Shown here: positions 27,801 to 36,825 of the stretch, piece after piece
Layout of the letters: each line of letters starts with the position of its first letter
Position numbering within the stretch: position 1 is the stretch's first letter
Source of the DNA: Selaginella moellendorffii
Lineage: Eukaryota > Plantae > Lycopodiophyta
Assembly (NCBI RefSeq): GCF_000143415.4
Contig: NW_003314337.1
Location: 575,234-639,233, forward strand
Direction: 5' to 3'
DNA: 64,000 nt
Notes under the pieces: generated by a model
Seen by the model: the letters and a program-made list of their open reading frames with translations, nothing else
Told to the model about the DNA's origin: nothing
Databases searched by the model: none
Program-made: the position numbers and the translations under genes

Positions 27801-27887
27801 GTTCCGATCCATAGACACAAGGGTCCCTTTTGCAACTCTCTTCCCACCATTCAAAATGTAAACCTTTTCCCCAACCCTGAAGGCCAT
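24820..27887 (-). pseudogene. Sola/DUF7869-like DDD transposase (~1020 codons) with two N-terminal Tnp1/En/Spm-like domains and a C-terminal beta-rich Tudor/BAH-like segment
   Basis: The 753-aa ORF continues in frame past TAG at 25626 (KPL*FHFSMRDG). A frame change near 25230 leads into DVEDHYCGPRNKKP...VTVEWFKP. Candidate catalytic Asp residues in HDKMD, QTDNA and GHTHEDVD. A splice acceptor lies just upstream of the ATG. Confidence 0.82.
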
Positions 27888-29206
27888 TCTGAAAGTGCAG
27901 AAAAGAAGTTAAGACCATACAAAAAATGATTGGAGAATGGCCTAAATCATAACATACCAAACAACCTCAATAGCATGAGGCCACATGCCATTATTCAAAC
28001 ATGCTATTGACACCCACGTGAAATTTCGCATTCACAAAATTGGCATGAGGCCTCATGCCATCTTGATATACACACAGCTGCAGGCAAGTAAAAACATACA
28101 TGACAATACGCTAGCCATGAAATTGCAAGGGCCCAAGATGGCATGTGGCCTCATGCCATTTCTAAATGTGGTCCTAAACCATTCCATGGTGAACATACCA
28201 GGAAGCACAAGTGCCGAATATCAAGAGGAAGCGGTAGCCACACCAAAGACAGTGCTGCTCGCAACACCGCAACTACTCGTAGCGCCGCTCGCAACACCGC
28301 AACTGCTCGTAGCGCCGCTCGCACAAACTGCCACTCGCATAAACTGCCGCTCGCAATGCCGCAACCGCTCGTAGACGCATAAACCACAGCCCACAACGCC
28401 GCTTACACAAGCAGCGCTCACTGCGCTCAGCGGAACCAAGAACACGGCGCACAAAAATGATAGACCTAGGAATGAGTTCGAGAATTCAAAAATAACACAC
28501 GCTTGAACGTCACATCAAATCCTCTGACAAACCAGATCTTATGATTCCTCTGACAAATTTCAAACTGAGTAGCTTCTAGACTTTGCTGTCGGAGGTTGAA
28601 CTTTGTCACATCATGTCCTTGCCTCGATCCAGCTGTGCCATGTCAGTGATTCGAACTTTGCCATGCCATGTCAGCGATCCGCGCCAAGATTATTCGACGT
28701 GTAAAGGAATAATTATGCTGTGTGTGTACGTCCATTTATGGCAATATAAGGCCACACGCCATTCAAAGAATAATGCTCGACATAAGGCCACACGCCATTC
28801 AAAGAATAATGCTAGTCGAGCATTTTTTGGTGCATTTCTGGGTTCAAAATTGCATGAGCCCACACGCTATAAAGTTTACCTGTACCAAAAATAGAAACAG
28901 CTTTATTTACTTGGGAATTTAAGTGGTTGAGGCATTTTTAAACTTACAAACACATGCCCTACTTACATTCCTTTGGTTGCTTAAAATTCAAAAATATTAT
29001 AAACCTTTCTTTTTGCATTTTCAATGTTTTCAATTATGGTTTTTGATTTTCGTAGGACCAGCCTAGTAATCTATTTGCATCCCGTCATGTTTATAGCTAG
29101 CTTTCGTTTGTCCCCTTTGCTAGCCTGAGATACATCTGCTCGGCATCTGCCTCTTACAGCATTTGCCCAGAAAGGGCATCTTTCTTCACGCAGCATTTGC
29201 CACATG

Positions 29207-29239
29207 TTTAGGGTTTAGGGTTTAGGGTTTAGGGTTTAG
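29207..29239 (+). repeat. Interstitial (TTTAGGG)4 telomeric repeat / telobox cluster
   Basis: Four perfect TTTAGGG plus TTTAG, at the same position as in copy 1. Confidence 0.88.
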
Positions 29240-30819
29240 CAATTCAGTAGCTTGATAAACATGCAAATACAGAACTTGATGCAAAATCCTTTGATATGTC
29301 ACAATGCCCCTAGGACCATAAACACATTTCAATAGAGAGGGTCCTTTCATTTCATAACTCCTTACGTAGATCTTGGTGAAACCAGAGTTAGTGAAGTTAG
29401 TTTCTTGTGATCTCACATCTGATTGTGATGTCCCTTTGCAGTGTCGATGGAAAGGTCAATGCACACCAAACTGTAGAATCTTGGAGCAAAATAACGGTCG
29501 GATCTATGGCAAATGCCCCTGAAACATTGTAAGGCTCGTGTGGTCTCATGTGGTGTCCGATCGAGATGCTTCTTTGCAGAGTCATCAAGAAAGACATTGT
29601 ATACCATTCTGTAAAATCTAGTTGCGATCTAACGGTTGGATCTCCAGAAAACTCAAAAAAATCTCGCGCGTGTCAGAATATTCTAGGAATATACTCCTAT
29701 GTGCCCCTGAAAATGGCATGCGGCCCCACGCCATTCAAGAGATAACGCCAGATGACGCCGAGAATTTTTTGGTGCATTTTTTGGGTTCAAAATTGCATGA
29801 GCCCACACGCTATAAAGTTTATCTTTGCCAAATAGAGAAAAGTTTATCTGTGTCATGTGAGGTAGTTACAGTCCTTTGTGCTCGGCATCTGCCTCTTGCA
29901 GCATTTGCACTGAAAGGGAATTTTTCTCCATTCAGCATTTGGCCCTGAAAATGGCATGCGCCCACACGCCATTCAAGGAATAACGCCACAGGACGCCTGG
30001 ATTTTTGGGTTTAAAATGTTTAGGGTTTTTTGGGTTTTTTCAAAATATTTTGGGTCCAACGTTTTTTGGGTTTCTTTGGTTCAAAATTGCATGAGCCCAC
30101 ACGCTATAATATTGATTTGAGAGAAAAATAGAAACAGATAGAATTTCTTTATTTAGCTGAACATCTGCCATTTTTGGAAATACAAGATGCTTTGGAATAT
30201 CCAATCATGCATGGTATAAATATAGCGAGGGTATTAAATGATATCCCAATCATGATCTTTCTTTTGGATTTCGCGTGCATGCAGTCCGAGGAATGATGAC
30301 GTTGCGGATTTCTTTTGGATTTTGCGTGCTTGCATGCGCGCGGCAATCCAGAAATTAATGGTGGCGCCCAAGTCCGAGGAATGATGACGTGGCGGGATTA
30401 CCAACCGTTGTGACATTTCGCGCGTGTGAGGTTAGGTTTTGCATTTTGCTTCATACTCGCGCTCGCACACTCGCGCTCGCGCTCGCATCACACTCGCGAT
30501 CACGCTCACATTCGCGATCACGCTCACATTCGCGCCTTCTCTACAGGTTTCTCGTGTGCATCGGCGTCCACTCGCGCTTGCATCACACTCGCGCTCGCAT
30601 CGCGCTCGTGTGCATCGGCGTCCACTTTTGTAACTTCGCCGCCAACTCCGCCGCCCACTCCGCCACCCACACGCAGCCCACTTGGCGTCCCGGGAGATTT
30701 CAGCGCCACTCTCCAACTGTAAGTGGCAGAGTAGCCTTGCTGCTACGATCCGCTGCACACACAGTGCACATTCGCCAGCGAGTCCGGCCTCGATTGTCAC
30801 GGCCTCCATTCGGCTTCAA

Positions 30820-33800
30820 ATGGTAAGTCTTTTAGGCCAAGTAGAAAATGGCATGAGGCCACATGCCATTCAGTAGCAACATTGGCATGCACCGATTGGG
30901 CTCTCGAGTGCAGTCCGGTTACAGATGGCGTGTAGCCTCACGCCATCTTAGGATGCAGCCTCAAGACATCTGATGCAGTGGTGAATGGCGTGTGGCCTCA
31001 CGTTATTTCCAGCTGCTAGCTTTTCATCTGTCAGCTCTAATTGTTGTGCATTTCTGAACAGGCGAGGAATTGCGTTCTTCTTCCAGCCACTGTCAATGTG
31101 GATGCAGAGAAGGGGGAGGAGCTCACCAGTTGGACTTTCGGGATGGAAGGCGAGGATCTGATGCTGTACAACACAGATGGTGGGAGAAAAGAATGCATGG
31201 GGATCCTCATCCAAGTGACAGACACTCCATGCAGTTCCATGCAAGAATATGGACTGGCACTTGTGGTAGAGACAGCGTCCGCCTTCAAGATCCACCTTGC
31301 ACATCCTAGCGGCTTCCCGGAGGAGGGCAGCGGCTATGAGGTATTCCTAGAGGGAGCTAGGGAGAGGTTGTCCAGGAGGCCCACAATTTCAAAGACGCTG
31401 CGGGTCTATGAAGATCACATGGAATCCACGGACCTCACCTACGGCGATGTTCAAAAACTATATTCCAACATTGAGCCGTTGAGAGTGCCTCCAGTTTGCG
31501 AAGCGAAGGGGAAGGGGGTCGATCTGGAAACTACCCCGAAGCAGAAAAGGGTGGTCAAGCTCAAGCCGACGTCCGACTCTGCTGCTCCAAAAAAGAAGCT
31601 ACTCGGTGATGCCATTGCCTCGGGTTCGAACACTACACCCACCAAAAAGAAGAGCCGCAAAGAGCAGAAAGAGCAAGAAGAGGCAGCAAAAATCGTCGCA
31701 GATAATAGTACTTGTTACTATTCCAACAAAGTATATACAATCGACGTGAGCCGTATCGAGATCCAAAGCAAATACAACCACAGGCTAGTATCTGATGAGT
31801 GGGTGGAGAAACTGAAGCAGAAGATGCTGGCAAGTCCAGTAACACCCGACATCGCAGACGTGATCTCCTACTACCGAACAATGAAGGGCGAGACGAGGTT
31901 TCCAGACTTGATCAATAGGAAGGTGTTGGACGATCAGAACGTCCGGTTCTATGCCGTCTCCGGGCAGCATTCTAGCTTGGCGATGCAACAGATAGTTGTG
32001 GATATTATGGTGGGCGAGGAGGTGAAGAAAGTCTTCAAGACAAGAGTTGTCCGCCTGATAAAAGGCAACTCGCCCCTCCGATCTATCATATACATCTCCC
32101 ACGCGCAGAATGTCAAGCAAGAAACGTGCTACAAATCGGGTCTGCACGAGACATTGGCACGAACACGGAAGCTCTGGGTTCAACTGAAGAAGCCACAAAA
32201 ACCAGGACAAGGACGTGCACTAGCAACTAGCGCCTGGCAGGTAAGCCTCGTTGCATGTGGCATAGCATGTGGCCTCACGCCATTTCCATTGCAGGAATTC
32301 TCGAGTCTTCTCTCGAAAACACTGGGGGTCAATGACACACTCAGCATCCATAACATTCTACTCGCGACAAAAGTTGTTTTTGACAAATGGGTAGATGTGC
32401 TGAGGAAGTACCATGACGGGGAGTTGCTAAACTCAATGGGTGTGGAGGACGGCCGGAAGCCCAATGATTTGAAGCTCAACGCCTTGCGTTTCTCGCGGTC
32501 TCTAGACGACGACGACCTTCTGACAGTGGCTAATGCTCTTCTACGTGGTGAGGTAGTCTTCAACAAGACCAAAATGACTCCCGGCCATATTGTGACATAC
32601 GAGGACTTGTGCATGACTCTGAGAGCTCGTGCGCTATTGAAGGATTGGATCTTCGAGCAAGTGGCCGTGGAGAGGGTGAGCATCGACACCACGCAAGAGA
32701 TGATGGAAGAGCTGGACTTGTCAAATGAAGACATCGATGACTACGTGAAGGGGGCCCCCAAGTTCATCGATCTGCTGCGGGATGCCACGAAAAGTAAAGC
32801 TGAGAAGTTGGATCAGTATCCAAATTTCATTAAGAGGGATGTCGACCGCCGGCTTCAGAAACAGCTCGACCCCGCAGCAGAGGCCTATCGAGAACCTTAC
32901 CGGGTATACGTGAATTCGGATGAGGATCAAAGGTGGAGGAGCATCGTTTCCCGCGGAGATGAGCAGGTCAAGAACATCTTTTGTGTGATGGACTTCACAA
33001 ACGAGGAGATCACTCATGCAGACGAAGTCAGCTCCATCATTGACTTAATGGTGGGACTTGCGGAGGTGGAATCTTCAGTCCACTATATGATCTACGACTC
33101 CGAATCCTATCACAAGTTCTGGAAGGCCTTGAACGAGGTGAAGGCTCGGTTGAAAGGCAAGGAGATGCAGGAGATCCATGGTATAATGGCTAAGAAGAAG
33201 ATACCGACGAATGTCCGCATCTTCACACTCGCCCTTGTTATTGGTCCTGCAGCAGAGTGGGACTGGAGTGACTTCCCAGCTTCGTTCGACAAGGCCGATC
33301 GAATTGATCTGAGGGAGGTCAATTTACCCGTGCCTGAGGAACTAAAGACGGCTATGGAGCTTTCGAATCCAAAGAAAGCTCCAGGTGCAGCATGGGAAAT
33401 GCTCAGCTGGGTCTTCAACGCAATAGCGGGTGACTCCAAGGGCAAATGCGTTGTCGAGTACAACTGCGGCGGACTATTATTTCGAGCCGCACTACTCAAG
33501 GGTGTCCCGTGTGTTGCGGTGACAAACTCCATTGAAGAGGTGACTTCAATGGAGCATATAATTACAGTTGCCAAAGAAAAACAGTATCTTCTCTACGAAC
33601 CTGGTGAGTACGCACTTTAAGTTTAAATGTTATCTCACAAGCTCTGTATGCAGGAGCGTGGCCACCCCCAGATGCTGAAACGGCGTTAACAGCTACTGAT
33701 GTTAGGCCGAGCTCACAACCTGCACAAGGTAAGGTCACGTGAGGCCTCACGCCATTTTGATTATAGATCGTTGTGAATATTCAGACACGAGGACTGAAAA

Positions 33801-36396
33801 GCGCACTGGTGGCGCGTCGAAGAAGGACAAACAGACAAGCAATAGGAAAAAAGGAGGTACAAATTATATTTGCAATGGCGTGTGGTCTCATGCCATTCCT
33901 TGCAGGAGACACTTCTTCAAAGGCAAAACAGGCAAGCACCAGCCAAGCTCAAACTGACAGTGGTCATAAAAAGCGAAAGCACGTTGGACAGTCGTCGGGA
34001 TCAGAGGCGTTTGATTCGAAAAGGAAGAAGGGCAACGAAAAGATGATAGGTAATGCCTCGCGGTTATGGCGTGTGTGCTCATGCCATTCATTGCAGATCA
34101 AGGGCTGAGTGAAAGGAGCCAGTCACCACCTTCTGACTCAGATTCCTATGGCGGACTCCCCTTCCCCAATCTCAATGGAGAGGTACAATGGATGAGGGAT
34201 GCTTTTCAAGTCAGGGCCACGTTTTTCTCATCTCGTCGTCTTCAAAGGGTGCAAGAACGTGCAGAAACCATGTTAAGACAGTCGCGTGAGGATACGGTCC
34301 TAGGTCAAGCACTAAAACAGGCTATGGATGTCTTGTATTTTGAGATGGAGACTCGGCTAGATGATTTTCCCAAGATGGTCCTGGAAAAACAAGCCATCCA
34401 GCCTGAGCAGCCTATGGAAGAAATGCAGGAGGGGGATGAGGAGCCAGAGAAAGATAATGAGCAGGAAGAGCAGAAGGACGAAGAGGAGGACAAAGAAGAG
34501 GAGGACGAAGAAGAGGAGGACGAAGAAGAGGAGGACGAAGAGGACTTGGATGGTCCTCACAATGGTGACGATCACAATAACGACGATGACGATGATGACG
34601 ACGATGGCCAGCCTGAGGTGGCCAAAGAGCAGCGGAGGAAGGTCATACAAGACAAACCATCAGGTAAATAATAGTACATCCATTCCTAACCTTTTACCAT
34701 TTCTAACATTGTCCATGTAGGTCGCAGAAGAAATGGTAAGTAGAGATTATTCAGTTGAATTAAGATACAAACTCTAGCCTTTAGTGTCGAGGAAGGATAA
34801 TGCCAAGCAAGGGTCGAAACGTATGTCCAATCCTTCAGAATCAGCAGTGCGCCCAAGTGATATCGGTCCTAGTTCCTCAATAGCAGTTGATGGTAAATAC
34901 AGTATAGTCGATTCAATGTGCTAATGAGTTTGTTTTTAGTAGCACGGGAGGATACCATCTCAATCGAAGGGAGATATTTGGACATGCATATGGATCCGCT
35001 AGTGGACTCTACTTGCCTGCAAGAGTCATCAGAGCTGGTGGAGGCTACTATCCATGTCAACGCCAAGCAAGCTGACCACGCTCCACTTGATGCTGCCCAT
35101 ACCACTGAGTCAATCTTGTCCACGTATCCAACTGACGGTGACCAGGCGCCATTGGACCCGCATGAGGCCGCCCCAGCCGCCGAGCCGGTCGTATCCTCAT
35201 TTCCAACGGACTCAACGTGTGCCCAATCGTCTGACTACGCGCCGTTGGAACCTCCCTACACCACCCCTGCTGCCTGTTCGGTCATGTCCACTTTGCCAAC
35301 GGAGGCACCAGTTGAAATGGCGTGTGATCACACGCCATCGGAACCACCCCATGCCACTGTTGAGCCAGTTGTACCAGAGTCTACAGCTGAAATGGCATGT
35401 GCCCACACGCCATCGGATGCGATTGACCCCACATTGCAGAGGAGAGTATTTCCGCCCTTCACGTTTCCTCGACCAAATTGTAGATGGTAAAATTGACTTG
35501 TACCATTTTTTATGCTGACGCATTTCATTTCAGAGTCACGGCGAAAGTACTGTATCGTTTTTGATCTGAACGGTGTCCTTTTCTCCCATGAGCGTGGCTC
35601 GTCCTCGAATGTCACTGCACCCTCCAAAGCCTGCGGTCGCAAGTTGGTCAAAAGAGACAGATTCACATTAATCACACGGGAGAAACTGCGGGATCTAATA
35701 ATGACCATGCGACACTTAAAACAGAGGGCCGGGTTCAAATTGCAATTGGGAGTTTGGACATCCATGATGCGCCACAATGCATTAACGTTGCTACAGATGA
35801 TGCACGATCAGACGCGAGTAATATTACCATTTGACTTTCTCCTAACGCAGGAGGATTGCTTGACTATGGTCCATGTGAGGGGTAGCAAGCCCATCTTCGT
35901 CAAGCCAGAGGCTGTAGTGATGAACCGGACTGCTAGGTCAAGTGAAATCCTCATCATCGATGACTCGCCGATTAAAACTGCAGCGAACATGCACACATAT
36001 GCAGTGCACCCCATCTCTTGCAGTATGGAAACTAGGGAGAAGAAACCGTATGTTCTGGGGGACCTTGCAAAACGGCTTGAAGCGATGGTGATAGAGAACC
36101 GGCCAGTCCAGGAGGTGGCTGCAGAAATCAACCAAATGGCAGATGGAACGGTATATCAGAAGCCATTTGATCGGACAGACACCAGTCATCATTTATGGCA
36201 TGTATATTGTCTAGCCAAGCACTATCCGCATCTCCATAATCTGCTCAACCGGATGGGTTCTTCGACCACTGAACATGAGCGTGGACGTATTAGAGAAGAG
36301 ATGGCATTACTATTGGGTTTAAATCCTGATAGTGTGGAGAGTGATGAAATTCCAAGGTTATTGTATAGGCGTTGGAGGCAAAAAATAACAGTCTGA
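30820..36396 (+). pseudogene. 11-exon accessory gene, ~1639 aa when repaired: ParB-like domain, degenerate beta-class N6/N4 MTase fold, basic/acidic linker, FCP1/NIF-like HAD domain
   Basis: GT-AG introns at 30823-31061, 32241-32294, 33604-33653, 33729-33784, 33857-33905, 34050-34096, 34664-34720, 34736-34784, 34893-34939 and 35487-35533 join all + ORFs in one frame. The only lesion is a 38-bp deletion near 35477 (intact in copy 1). Motifs: FYAVSGQHSSLA; KCVVEYNCGGLLFRAALLKGVPCVAV; IVFDLNGVL, GVWTS, IIDDSPIK. Confidence 0.75.
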
Positions 36397-36825
36397 GATG
36401 GCATGTATTTATTTAAAAATGTAACTTATTATGGCATGGGGTTCCATGCCATTGTATTAATATTAAAAGACAATTCTTTGAGAGGATTTGCATTTACAGC
36501 ATGTTATTGGAAGTCTACGAAGTTGTTTTATTAATAAGGGGAAAGTAAAGATTGAATGGGGACTTGGGCTCCACCTAGACTCGGAGCAACTGAGCCAATA
36601 TTAAAAGGATGGAAAGAAATTGGACGACGATGACAAGGAGAAGAGAGAGGTGAAGCAGTGGCAGGGGGAGGAGAAGTGATTAAGTAGACATTTCCTTGTT
36701 TAAAATAAAATGGCATGTGCCTCAATGCAGTTGAATTTTGTTATATTTATATACTATATAAAGATTTGGAAACCTTATTTTACAAGTGGGATAATGACAA
36801 TTCCCACTTTAATGAAATAGAGCTT

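Larger units (their letters stand above)
24131..36825. mobile_element. Large TIR DNA transposon, copy 2, complete (12,695 bp), Sola/DUF7869-like
   Basis: 24-bp TIRs at 24131-24154 (AAGCTCTATTTCGTTAAAGTGGGA) and 36802-36825 (one mismatch) enclose two divergent genes. The flanks are unrelated and there is no TSD. Confidence 0.9.

Noticed and set aside
32970-33580. Active DNA methyltransferase or restriction-modification system
   Set aside because: The DPPY/SPPY and FxGxG motifs are degenerate, so at most this is an MTase-like fold.
24357-36731. 22-bp palindromes as a CRISPR array or MITE insertions
   Set aside because: Spacing is irregular (tens to thousands of bp), there are no TSDs, and they sit at matching positions in both transposon copies.
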